From assembly GCA_031835245.2 (NCBI GenBank), contig JAVKOQ020000008.1, positions 1-64,000 on the forward strand: 64,000 nt of DNA, written 5' to 3'. The translations under genes and the position numbers were made by a program. Below the pieces are notes generated by a model that did not search any database, was not told the DNA's origin, and saw only the letters and a program-made list of their open reading frames with translations. Shown piece by piece: positions 43,340 to 56,012 of this stretch (its first letter is position 1; the number at the start of each line of letters is the position of its first letter). Source of the stretch: Balamuthia mandrillaris (taxonomy: Eukaryota).

Positions 43340-44800
43340 TTAATATCTGTGTCGGCTTCTTTCTCTGGATCTGCTTCTGTTTCTGCTTCTAAAACTGCCT
43401 CTATCTCCCTCTCGATATCTATCCCTATCTCTATCACGAGCGTAATAGCGATCGTCTCGTTCTCTTCGTTGGCTGTTGTAATCCTCTCTAAAAGGCGGAG
43501 TACCGGTTGATGGCATTTGTTGGAGTTGTTGGTGTTGTTGATAGAATGGGTCATAAGGAGAGGAAGCGGAAGCAGAAGGAGAGGTATGAAGTTGAATCTC
43601 TGCAATAAGCTGTTGTAGTTGGGGTTGTAGTTGTGTCGGGTAAAAAGAGGCAGTGGAAGAAGGAGCAGGGTCGACATATCCAACCTGTTGTTGTTGTGAT
43701 GGCGGTGGATAAAAGTAATTCGTTAACCCTCCAACTGCTAGTCCTTCTCCTCCTGTTCCCGTCCCTGTTGTTGGACCACTCATTTGAGACGTGGCCAACC
43801 CTGCTGCTGTCCACATTCCATTTTGTTGTGCCTGTTGTGGGTGTTGTTGATGATAATATTGATCATATGAATAAGAAGAGGAGGCGGAAGATGAAGAAGA
43901 AGCACGGGATGATGAGGAAGAAAGAAGAGAGGAAGATGAAGAGTGATGTAAAGAAGAGGGCAAAGAAGATAATGGCGGATTCCGCGTGGAAGTTATTTCG
44001 CTGTTTCTCTCTTGCTGTTTCTGTTGTTGCTTTTTTCTGGTGATGTAGAGCGTCGTCACTTGTTGCAGCTTCGCTTCAGCTTCTTTACGTCGTTCTCTCT
44101 CTTCTCTCCTTTTTTCCTTTAAGCGTTGTATCTTAATTGTTTGTTGCTCGACCTCATCTCTGAGCTTCTCCACAGCTTTGGAAGAGGAAAGCACCCTAGT
44201 GAGGTCGGTTGGCGCGTCCGGTGGATAAACAGGATCAAATTCAGGGAGAAACCGTTTACTCATCTCTTCGCGTAGTTTGACGAGAAGGCGCATATTTGGC
44301 TCTGCATTCTCTCTTTGGAGTTCTTCCTACAGAGGGGGGAAAAAAGAGAAAACGATCAGATATGTACATAGGGCAATAAAGAGAAGACACAAAGAAGAAA
44401 CAAAAAAACATGAAGCAAAAGAGGAATTAGAGAGAACCTCTTTAGGAAACCGGTTTGTATCTAGTTTCATATCGTAATGGTCAAGCATTTCACCCCAAGT
44501 CCGAATATTTGGATGTAGTTGTTTCAGTATTTTCTGTGCCGCTCGTTGTTTTGCTTCTTTGATCTTTGTACCTTCTCCCTATAATATCTCAAGGATACAA
44601 ACGTATTTAAAATTGGAAAACAATAAAGATAGAAAAGACAAGCAAAAGAAAAATACCGTGCAAACGATGTTATCGAGAGTAGCTTCAACCATAAAGCGAC
44701 GACCACCCTTTTTGTTGCGATAGTCCAGTGAGGGAACCTCTGGTTCCAATTCTTGCGATTTTATTTCCAATACAGCATGCGTTCTATTCATAAATCGAGA

Positions 44801-44835
<35 letters not shown>

Positions 44836-46657
44836 ACTCACGGTAAAGAACAAGAATATGCAGACCTGTTACAGTGTTCTTGCAAGACTTGGGCAGGCGT
44901 TTTCCCGGAGAGCAAAAGTACTCTGTCATCTTCTACTGACAATTCGTATGGATGCTACAACACCATTTATGAATGAACCACGAGAAGATGAGCAGAGATA
45001 TAGAAAAGTAGGGAAAGATTGCGGCTTACCGGAAGCGGGGATGACTCTTCTTCTGATTGTTTGTGCGGTTGATTGCTGGCTCCGGTTGGATTGAACAAAC
45101 CCGGTACAAGTATATTGAGAGTAGCTTCTGCTGCTAGTTGCTTGCTTTGTTTCTTGTTGATAAAGGCTCCTCGGCCATATTCCTTGTCGCCAATGCGCAC
45201 TACTGTCACGAAAGGGCACATGGGATCCGCTTTGTTTCAATATTGGTAAGAAAAAGACGCATAAATAGAGCAAGGCAACTAAAGAGAAAAGAAATCATTA
45301 GAAGGAACTTGAGAAAGTTTACCTTGAACAGAACTATCATAGTAGGGCTTGGTCTTTAGTACATTGGAGCAGTATTCATGTAAGAAACTCACCGCTGTCT
45401 TTCCTGCAGGAGAAAGCTCTGTTGGCCCTTCTTCTCTTCGTTTCCGTCTACCACGAAAGTGCGTCCCTCCTCTTCGTCTCTGTCCTCCTTCTGCAACCAG
45501 ATGAGAGAACAGTGTTAAAAAGAAGCAGAACAAGAAGAAGAAGAAGAAGAAGAACGTGAAGAAGAAAGAAGAATACACAAAACGAAGTAGAAGGACACAC
45601 GTCTGGTCACTTGGTTAGCCAAATCAGACATAGCCTCTTGCATCATATGTTGTGGTTTCACAGCAGCGTCCTGATTATCCATCATCATCGCCGCCATCGT
45701 CGAGCCAAAAAAGCCCGTTGCTCTCTCCCCAGTTTGTACACCATATCCAACTTGAAGTTGTTGATAAGAGTACGCGTTGTTCTCGTGATGATGGTGTTGA
45801 GCTTCCATTTTGTCTAAGAATGCCGCTGTGCTTTCCACTGCGTATTCCAGTCCTGGAATATGGTCCTTCGGTTTCTCCAACACTACTGCTGCCTCCTCCT
45901 CCTCGTCTTCTTGTTTTATTCGTTTGTCTTCCTCCTCTCCATCCCCGTTCGACGCTCTCCATGGCATAAAACGGTTTCTTCCTCGTCCTCGATCTCTCTG
46001 TCGTCCCCGATATTGTGGCTGCCTTCTTCGAAAGGGAAGAAAAGGAAACAAAGGAATGACATGCTCCTCCACTGAAGGCATACCTTCTTCTGCTTCTTTC
46101 TCTTTGTGCCCTCCTGCGTCTTCCCTTCCGTCTTTGTTGGTCTCGCGCTGAGAAGAAGAAGAAGAAGAAGAAGAAGAAGAAGAAGAAGAAGAAGAAGAAG
46201 AACAAGAAGGATGCAAACGATGTGAGTGGAGGTAGTGATAGGGCTGCAACCAAGTGACCACGCCTGACTCTGCATGAAAATAAAAGGGAAGGGCGGATTG
46301 GCTGTGCACCACTTTCTTCCAACCTGCTGGCAGAACAGTCTCTGCCGACCAGGCGGTCGATGTGGACGTCTCTCCTCCTATCAAGAAACAGGTTAGGAAA
46401 AACACCAGTTTAAATAAAAAGTAGCAGCAGAGACCTTCAGCAGGTTCCTCCTCTTCCTCCTCTTCCACTGCCGCTCGTTCGAGGTCCTCTTCCGTCTCTT
46501 CCATGTCCTCTCTTTTTCTCTTGTGGCCGACGTCCAACCGAGTGCCACCACCAGCGCGTGGTAGCCCAGCGAAAGCTCCCACTGCTGCCTGGCGTTTCGT
46601 CGTTGGGGCCTGCCCCCCCACTACCTCCGCCTCCGCCTCCTGTTCATCTGCTTTCAT
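43340..46657 (-). CDS. DGCR8: Microprocessor subunit DGCR8/Pasha-like protein: WW, dsRBD1, dsRBD2, C-terminal Drosha-binding helix, RS/RD tail
   Basis: WW LPAGWKKVVHSQSALPFYFHAESGVVTWLQPY; dsRBD1 GKTAVSFLHEYCSNVLKTKPYY...YGRG...KKQSKQLAAEATLNILVP; SVEDDRV...TPAQVLQEHCNR; QRAAQKILKQLHPNIRTWGEMLDHY; EELQRENAEPNMRLLVKLREEMSK; all joined by GT-AG introns in consistent phase. Confidence 0.87.
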
Positions 46658-47460
46658 CTTTTTTTTTTTTTGCTACTTATTTCAACTATTTCATTGGTCA
46701 TTTTCTTCACAATCTGACCAGGATTAAATGTTGTCGACATTTTGAGCAAAAATGCTGGTCGATGGTTGCAAAGCGTGACCAACCCTTGTGGTCGGTTCGA
46801 ACGGGGGAACAAAAATAGGCAAAGCACACAAGGTGTCTTTTCAAGAAGAGAGAAAACCAGACTGAGCGGGCAGACCCTTTTGTCTATAGGCATAGCACCG
46901 CGGACGCGTCCTAGGTCGTTTCGGCCAGCGCAGGCAGGAGGAATGTCCCAAGAGCTGGTGCATTGCTGGCGAGGACGACCTTTTCCGTTACGTGTCCGGA
47001 AATGTGAGTGGGATGGAGATTAGGGATAAGTGGCGGGCTGTTCTAACGGGGGCAGAGGTTCCAGAGAATTAATTCTGGGGCAACTTTAGCTTTGTTGGCA
47101 TGGTTATTATTGAGATCTGAAACATCAAGGTTAAAAAAAGATCAAACTTGGTGAAGGAGACGTCAAAGAAGGAAGAATTCAGTCCAGGAGCGAAGGAGTT
47201 GGAAGGGCATGTCACGGAGGAGGAGGTAGGTGCTGGAAGATGAGTTATTTCTTCCATCCCACCTGCACCACCGGGTTGCCAGCACCAAACCAATTCAATT
47301 CTTCCGATAATTATTGCCCAAACATCGTCAATTATCGCACACACGTAATTTGACGCACCAAAAAATTATCGAACCGACAAACTGATAATTGTCATTCATT
47401 AGCGATAATAACAATAAATAACAAAAAAAAAAGTAGCGCACCACACACACACGCTCGCTC

Positions 47461-47638
47461 ATGAGGGCATTGCTGCGTGCCCACAAAATGGAGCTCTTCT
47501 CCTCGACGGAGGTGGACAGCACCGCCCTCTCCTATCCGCAGGTGCGGCAACGCTCCAACATCCGCAAGTGCAAGAGCTCTGCAGAGTACGTCCATGCTGC
47601 TTTTTTTTCTTTCTTTCTTCTCTCAGTCAATCTCTGTG

Positions 47639-47679
<41 letters not shown>

Positions 47680-48014
47680 TCATCATCTTCTTCTGCTGTC
47701 TTTAAAAAGTTTGCAAGAAGTAGAGCAGGAACACGCTGAAGCAGCTCAAGAGCCAGAGTAAGCTTCTGGCTCCCTTTTTTTTTTGGGTTTCCATGTTACC
47801 ATCAGGTCTTCTTATTCGAACAAAACAAAAAAAAAGGGAGAAAAAAGGAGAAGATGTGACTCGTGGCCATTCTTTTGTGGTGCATAAGCGGTGTGTGCCC
47901 TCGTTGCTCTCGCCAGAGTCTGAAAGTCAAAACTACAGAGGTCTTTTCAACCTTGCTGGTCTTGTTCTGGTTCGTTCCTTCACTCTTCCTCTTGTTCTAT
48001 GCTTCTCTCGCTGG

Positions 48015-48071
<57 letters not shown>

Positions 48072-49936
48072 TCTCTACTTCTTTTCGAACGCTTGTTGAC
48101 TGTGATTTAAGTTTGTTACCAACTTTCGTTTAGTGGTAGAAAACTTATTAAAGTATGGCCTTCTCATCAACTTCAATGGCTCTATACGTGACAACCTCAA
48201 GCTTCGTTCTGCTTTGCTCATTGCATGCGGTTTCCATTCTCTCTTCTTTTGCTGTTCTCTCTCTCTCTCTCTCTCCTTCTCTCTCCTTCTCTCCTTTCTC
48301 CTGTTTTCCTCTCCTCTATCGTTCTTTCCATTTACTTTTTCTCCTGTGATCAGGATTGCTCTACTTTACACTATTCACGTTGGTAGTTGAGTTGTTGGCA
48401 GCAAGGAGCGTACGCAAGTACCGCGAGAAACAACGCAACCGGCCAAAAGGAACGCCCAAAAAGCGACCAGACGAGGTTATCCCGTTAAATGCGTACTACA
48501 ACGCGCAGCTCATTAACATCACTTTGTTGCTTGTTGTGTGCATGGTCATGTGCCTTTACACCGATCCGAGTGAGTTATTCCCTCTCTCTCTTTCGATTTT
48601 TTCTTGTGCGTTCTGTTTCTGAAACAATCTGAATGTTGTGAAATACAGTTTCTGCGGCTGCATTGATGGGACTTATGTTAGTGCTGCTAATGAAGCTGAT
48701 CAGCTATGTGATGGTGAACAGAGAGCTTAGACAGGCTGTTCTCTTTCCAAACAGCGATAACTTTGTGGTGCACAAAGATAAACACAGCCGATATCCTGAA
48801 AACGTTTCGCTATCCAGTATGCTGTTTCTTCATAACTTCTTGTCTTCTTGTCTTCTTTCCTACTTTTTTTTGTTTCATTTGGTATTTCACTTTCTTAAAC
48901 TCAGCTCTTATTTTCTTTTGCAACTAAACAGACTTGATGTACTTTCTGGCTGCACCAACGCTGTGTTATCAGCCGCACTATCCACGTACCTCAAAGATAA
49001 GATGGCTTTACGTGGGAAGCCTGTTTGCAAGGCTGGTCTTCTGTCTCTCGTTGATGGCGTTCATGTTAGAGCAATACGTGGTGCCCACTGTGTTAAACTC
49101 TTTGGAGCCGTTGGACAGCATGCACTTTGGCCGTCTCTTGGAGAGACTGCTCAAGCTATCTGTACGCTCTTCCTTCTTGCTTCTTTTCGTGCCTAATTCG
49201 TTTTTTTTCCACATTCTGTTTATGCTTTCCTAACTTCTCATTCAAAATGGTGATAGATTCCCAACTTGTACATTTGGCTGCTCATGTTCTACAGCTTCTT
49301 CCACCTTTGGCTCAACATCCTTGCTGAGCTACTTCGTTTCGGCGATCGCGAATTCTACAAGGTATGTATTTACTTTTTTTTTTTTTGTACATCTTTAACA
49401 AACAAAGAACAACAAGAAAGATAAGCAAACACATGCATACAAAAGGACATGGAACACTCGCTAACCATTAAATAACAACAGGATTGGTGGAACAGCACAA
49501 CGTTAAGTGAGTATTGGCGTACGTGGAATATTCCGGTGCACACGTGGATGATCCGTCATGCCTACTATCCGCTGCGAAGGAAGGGATGGTCCCGATCGGT
49601 GGCCGCTCTCTTCATCTTTTTCCTCTCTGGCGTGGGGCATGAGGTCATGGTCAGCGTTCCCTGCCGCTCCTTTCAGCTTTGGGTCTTTGCTTCCTTCATG
49701 ATGCAGGTTTGTTGCTTTCTTTCTTATCGTTTCTTTTTTCTGTGTACTTTGGCTTAAACAAACACGAATAGATTCCATTAATCTGGGCGACACGGACGTT
49801 CATGAAAGGGACTAAATGGGGTAATCTCGTCTTCTGGTTTAGCTTCTGCATGTTGGGACAACCGCTTTGCATCCTTCTCTACACTCATCTCGCCGTCAAT
49901 CATTATTCCTTCCTTTTGTTCCGCACTGGGCCTTAG
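47461..49936 (+). CDS. DGAT1: Diacylglycerol O-acyltransferase 1 (MBOAT family)
   Basis: SLLS...NYRGLFNL...[54 protein letters not shown]; catalytic His in SGVGHE; GNLVFW...GQP; start 47461 or 47488. Confidence 0.9.
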
Positions 49937-50047
49937 CTTCTTGTTCTTTTTACTTTTCTTCCTTCCTTCCTCTTCTTTTCTCTTCTTTAAATGTTAATAC
50001 GTTTTAAACTAAAACCAAAATTTTTGTTCTTGCTTTTGTTGTTGTTA

Positions 50048-50287
50048 TTATGAGGAAGAACGTTGTTGCTTCGCCGTTTCGGCTTCCAGGTATCTTTCGC
50101 GCAGTTGTTGACATTGCGTGAAGACGAACATGCTCACTCCGTTGGCGATAAGGCTGCGCGAAGAGCCGGGCACTATCCCTCGAAACAGTCCCGCCACTCC
50201 TCCCGTCCTGCACTCCATTCATTGGTGAGGAGATAGGAGAGGAGACAACGAAAGTGAAGGGAGAGGGTAAGAGGGAAAGAGACTAAC

Positions 50288-50329
<42 letters not shown>

Positions 50330-51670
50330 GACAAACCGAAGAACGTAAAGAAAGCGCGGCCAAAGGCCTTGTGGGCCGGGCGTGTTGCCCTGCACTTGTG
50401 ACTTGAGCGTCTCGAAGGGCCAAATGACCCACCACGATAACGTGGCACACACCCCTCCCTTGATGAATGGGCCTATCAACGGCGTGTTGATCACGTCCGG
50501 AATGTGCCTAACCGCTGAATCCACCTGTTGATACCGCTTTAATTACCAAAAAAAAAAAAAGGCAAAAATGGGAGAGAGCAGAGAGCAGAGAGGAGAGAGC
50601 AGAGAGAAGAGAGAAGAGAGAAGAGAGAAGAGAGAAGAGAGAAGAGAGAAGAGAGAAGAGAGAAGAGAGAAGAGAGAAGAGAGAAGAGAGATGCAGAAGA
50701 TAATACCAGAATAAAGAAAGTGGTCATCAATCCAACAGTACGCAGCCAACTAACACCAAAGCCTTTGAACAGCTCCGTTACTTTCCAGGGTTCACCTACC
50801 TGCCGCCGCACCTATACTCGGAGTGAGTCGCTTGTAGTCCGTATGAAGAGAAAGAGAGAGCATCTGAAAGACCTTGATAAGCTCTAAAGGAGTCTCAATG
50901 ACGCTTCGTGCAGAGGAAGCAATAATCCCGGCCATTATCACTCTCATCTCCAGTCCTCCGCTAAACGGTATCTCCTATTTATGCAGTGTCACGTTAATAA
51001 CAAGAACACAATGACAGAGAGCGAGAGAGGAAGAAACGACAAGAAAGAAAGAAACGAAAAGAAAGTAAAAAAGAAAGAAAGAAAAGAAGCTATAAAGTAG
51101 AAAAACCTTTTGAGCGAGACGAGAGTCCTTCATAAGGGTCCAAACCGAATTGTAGACTCCGAACTGTACGCTCCGGTAGATGCCGCTCCCTATCAAGGGA
51201 GGCAGAAGGCCTCTGTACAACGCCAAGAAGCCTTCCTTCTGGATGACCGTCGCAAACGTTTTAAACATTCCGCCCGCCGCATAGGACCGCTACATAGATA
51301 TAAATGAGTAGAAACGATAACTAGAATCAGCAGCAGAAGCGGAAGAAGGACAAGACGAAGAAGAAGAAGAAGAAGAAGAAGAAGAAGAAGAAAAAGAAGA
51401 AGATGAACAAGAAAAAGAACAAGAATGAAGAACCTGAGCCTGCATTTTAGTCTTTACGGTGTCAAAGGGTTGGCCGATGAGCGGGCTGGTCACTCCGTAC
51501 AGAACGCCGCAGCCCATGCCAAAGACCAGCTCTCGCACGGTGCCGCCGCCCAGCATCAACGCTCCTTTGGGCGGTGCCCCATCCGACGTCTTGCTCGTCG
51601 TTGTCGCCGTCCCCGCCGTCGTCAACCGCGGATGATCGTCGCCTCCATTGCCGTTCGGATTTGTGCCCAT
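50048..51670 (-). CDS. Mitochondrial carrier family (SLC25) protein
   Basis: Three Px[DE]xx[KR] motifs: PFDTVKTKMQ, PLELIKVRRQ, PFETLKSQVQ; EGFLALYRG. Confidence 0.9.
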
Positions 51671-52280
51671 ACCTTCCTTATTTTGTGGTATGATTCGAGC
51701 CGAGAAAAGCAACAACGCCCTGTTGATGCGATCTCTTTTTCTTTCGTTTCTTTAGATAAATTCTTCAAATTCTCTAAATTCTTAAAATTCCTTGAATATC
51801 TCCTGTGGACAGTACTGCAGTTATTGTGCACTTGTTGCCAATCTATTCTGCAGAAGCTGGCGAATGCTGCTCCAACATTAAAGCACAAATGGTACAGTTT
51901 TTGATCACAAATGCTGCACCATTGCTTCGCTTTTTATTTTTTCCTTTTCGAAGAAAGAGTAACAAAAAAATGAGAAAGAAAGCAGAAAAGAGACCCAAAC
52001 CAAACTACACGCGCGCACACACATAACGGGCAAAGCTTGAAGAAGAAGCGTAGCGAGTTGGCAGTGGGTGATAACTTGATTCATTAAAAAAAAGAAGGTG
52101 CAAGCAACTTACTCCCCTCTTCATAACTTTTGTGTTGCCCCCTCTTTTTTTCGTGGATTGGCGGCCTTCACTACTTGATTTTGTTCTCTCTCTCTCTCCC
52201 TCCCTCTCTCTCTCTCCCTCTCTCTCTCGCGCTGATTCTTATTCGTTTTTTTCAAAAGAAAACAACCAAAAAGAAAGAGC

Positions 52281-52850
52281 ATGACGGAGCAAGACGAAAC
52301 CAATAACGCTCCCGCGGCTTTGGTCGATCAATGCTTGGGCTACCTGGGTCGCAATTTCTCACGGGCCTCCCTGGAAGGCTTCCCCGATGTGCCCATCACG
52401 CTCAAGCAACGCCTCCTGCGGCTGGTCTGCCGCGAGAACAGCCTCACCCCGGCCAACCTCTGCCTCTTCCTCGACACGGAGTTGCAACAGATGAACCTCA
52501 CCAATGCGAGAAGCCTCGTGGACACCTCCTTTCAGCTCATCCTGCGCTACTGCACCAAGCTGACCTCGCTGACAGTGCACAACTGCATCATCTTTGATGA
52601 CGCCCTCCTCAGCGCCTTTGCCAGGACCTGTCCTTTCCTCAGGGAGCTCAGCCTGGATGGGTGCTCCAAAGTCACGGACGAGGGCGTGAGAACGATTGTG
52701 AGCAGCTATACCTCGTTGCGGCGGCTTAGCTTGAATGGATGCTTCCTCCTGACGGACCACTCCTTGGCCGACGTGGCCAAGTATTGCGTCTCCTTGAACT
52801 CGCTTTGCCTTAACCATTGCCAGTATCTGACTAGTATGACTCTTCTCGCG

Positions 52851-52889
<39 letters not shown>

Positions 52890-54226
52890 TCCAGCTGATG
52901 ATTCACTATCACTGAAGATAATGTGTTGAACAACTCAGTGAATTCCTCGTTTCTGATTCTCTCTCGCTCTCTCTCCCTCTCTTCCTCTTGCGCTCGGTAT
53001 CTTATTTTTCCTCACCTTTTCCATCTACACTACAAAAAAGATCAAGGCATCCAATTTCTTAGCCGCACACCAAGTCGCGATGCCATCCCGCTGGAGGAGC
53101 TACGTTTGGACTATTGCATGGAGATTGGAGATCTCGCATTCAAGCAGCTGGCCCCTTGCTCTCACCGCTTGCGTGTCTTATCTCTGGCGGGTAATCCGAA
53201 CCTTACCGATCTGACCCTTCAGTACTTGGCTGCCTATTGCACCAACCTACAGAGCCTCAACCTCCAAGAATGTAACTCCATCACAGATTTCGCTGTTCAA
53301 GGTATTCATTGTTTTGTTGTTGTTATTTTTGTGCTATTAGTCTAATATCTTTACAACAAGCTATTGCCAAAGGCTTAAAGAACCTGGAGGAGCTAGAGTT
53401 AGGAGGGTGCTCAAAGATAACAGATGCAGCGATACAAGACCTCGCTCTGTGTTGTCAATCGCTCACGCGGTTAGGCTTGCGGCGGTGCTCCTTCATCACC
53501 AGCGCTTCTCTTGCCGCCCTATCAATGGGCGTACTGGAAATTACCGATATCAATCTAGCCCACTGTGATATTGATGATGAAGGTTTGGGCGCTTTTGCCA
53601 ACCATTGCACTGGCTTACAAAAAGTAGACATCTCGTTTTGTAAACGATTAACGTACGCTCTTTTGTTTGTTGTCTTCTTTTTCTGTTTCTTGCACTCAAA
53701 CTCACTTTTCTCTCTCTCTACTTTCATTTGAAGCATCGAGAGCCTCAAAAAACTAGTAGCCAGTTGCCCATCGTTGCACCATTTGGCGATGTGGGGGTTC
53801 AACTTTCCAGAAGAGTTGGTGCAAGCCCATCTCCAACGCCCTCGCTTACGACTGGCTCGCACACCCACTCACGTGGAACTTGGCAAGTTTGGCATTACTG
53901 CTGCTGCTCTTGCTGCTTCTTCTCATCTTTTCAACAACAACCATTATGTTCTAGATTCTGTTTCTCCGTCTCCATCATCCTCAGCACTTTCATCATCAGT
54001 ACCTTCTGCTGCTTCTTCCTCCGCTTTTGCTGCTTCTTATCCTCCTCCTCCTTATTCTTATTCTGCTTCTGCTCCCTCTTCGTCTCCTACTGTTTTGGCT
54101 CCATCTATAGAGCCTTCTCACCCTCCTATGAACGGTTTTCGACGAATAACTCAACAACAAGAAGAACTTGAGGAGGAAGAGGACGAGGAAGAGGAGGAAG
54201 ACGAAGATGGCATCATCATCCTCTGA
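52281..54226 (+). CDS. Cysteine-containing LRR protein (AMN1/FBXL/Rad7-like) with possible N-terminal BC/cullin box
   Basis: Repeated LxxLxLxGCxxITD units; N-terminal ALVDQCLGYL...VPITLKQRLL; acidic C-terminus. Confidence 0.82.
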
Positions 54227-54329
54227 CATTATTTCTCCTTTTTCTTGTTCTTTTCTTTTATTTTTTTTCTCTCTTTGAAATCTGCTTCTTCCATCTTCAC
54301 TACCACCATCTTCGTTATCCTTTTCATCA

Positions 54330-55500
54330 TCAGCCGTTAAACTGTTCCAATATTTGGAGGTAAGCGCTGACGAAGAAGAAAAGGGCGCCGACCGTCAACA
54401 CAATGTTCGCAGGATATCCTGTTATCGGCGAGGCACTGAGCGCGAAACGAAAGGCACTGCCAGCCACGAACAGGATGGCCCCTATGATGCGCATCACAAG
54501 CATCCACCAGACCAAGCTTCTGGGCTTCCACGCCACAAAACGATGCATCGACTCCATGAAGAAGATGTAATTGCCCAGTATGAAACCCGCCGACCCTATT
54601 TCGTAAACAACAGTAACACCAAGGCCACAACGATATTCAATGGCAACGAAAGATGGAATAAGCAACCAGCAGCCGCCATAAAGAGGAGAACACAACAAAT
54701 AACACCGTACCTACAGTAGCAGGACCAGAAACAAGCAGGTGTTCTTGCAACGAATTGTCCTTGAACTGAAAGAGCAAGCCAAAGCCACTCACCAATATGC
54801 TCACGATGGACAGCAACAAGATGGTGGTGCCCCAAAAATCCAGACGAGCCAACAACCTCCACGTTCGATGTAACGGCGCTCTCCTCCAACTCACCTCGGC
54901 GAGAGCTCTCTCCCTCATTCTCTGCCGCCTGTTCTGCTCTCGATCGGTCTGTTCTTCTCCACCTCTTGCTATGGCTGCCGTCGTGCCTTCCGCTCTTCTT
55001 CTCTTATCCGCTCTCCTGGCTTCTCTTCCTTCTTCTCCAGCCTTCTCTTCATCAAGGCCAACTTCTTGAACGACATTGAGACCGGCTTCTCTTCTTCTTC
55101 TCTCATCGGGATTTCCCAAGCCCACCACTTTGCCAACCTCTTCATCATAGCCATCACGAAGATCACGCTTGACCGCAGCGGGGTTGAACATTTGCTCATC
55201 CAAAACAGGGGAGACCCTTACCACCTCGATCCATTCCAAAAGGATGCTGAGAAGAAACCCCCAGAAGGAGGCGAGGAGCGGAACCGAACTGAGGTACAGG
55301 CGGCGATCCTTGTGCTCGGCGGTGATAGGCGGGATGGAGCCCATGAGAGGGCCAAAGACGAGAGGGATACAAGCCAGGAAGAACGTGAGCGCCACCCACC
55401 AGGACAGACTGTCAAGCTTCCATCCCCAGTACTTTACTTTACGTGTGTATTTTTTTTTGTGGAGTGTAAGAAAAAAAAAATAGAAAGAAAGAAAGAAAGC

Positions 55501-55547
<47 letters not shown>

Positions 55548-56012
55548 CAAGAAAAGGCGAAGCACTTGAGAGAGGACAGGAGAGGGGATATGAGAGAAGC
55601 ACAGAAGAGATGAGCCAAGACATGAGATTAGATGAGAGAGAGGAGAGGAGACAGGATCTGAGATAAGACGTGCGAATGGTTAAGAGAGAGGAGAGGAGAT
55701 AGAAGAGGGATCGTCGACACAAAATCCTGCAGCCCAAAACCAACCTTTTCGTTGCATTTTAAGGGGTCTGCCCTTTCGGAACCTTCTGGACGACCATTCG
55801 ACAGGTGGTTCGCCGGGTGAAGGCTCCTGCGCTTGCTCCAACCGAAACTTGGTGGTGAAACCTAAAACGCCCTCTCGGTTGCTGCCTTGCCATCCCTCCG
55901 GCAGGTAGACGTGACGGAATCGCGACAAGTTTGTAGGTCCGAACGGGTCTGGTTGTTCGGAGCAATCGTGATGGCATTGCTTGAAGAAAGTGCAGTTGTG
56001 ATCTGGCTGCAT
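54330..56012 (-). CDS. Multi-pass integral membrane protein (YrhK-like hydrophobic repeats)
   Basis: Several hydrophobic helices with repeated SWWVA.. / IGSAGFILG / IGAILFVAGS motifs in ORFs 54637-55743 and 54330-54698; N-terminal exon in ORF 55680-56012. Confidence 0.6.
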
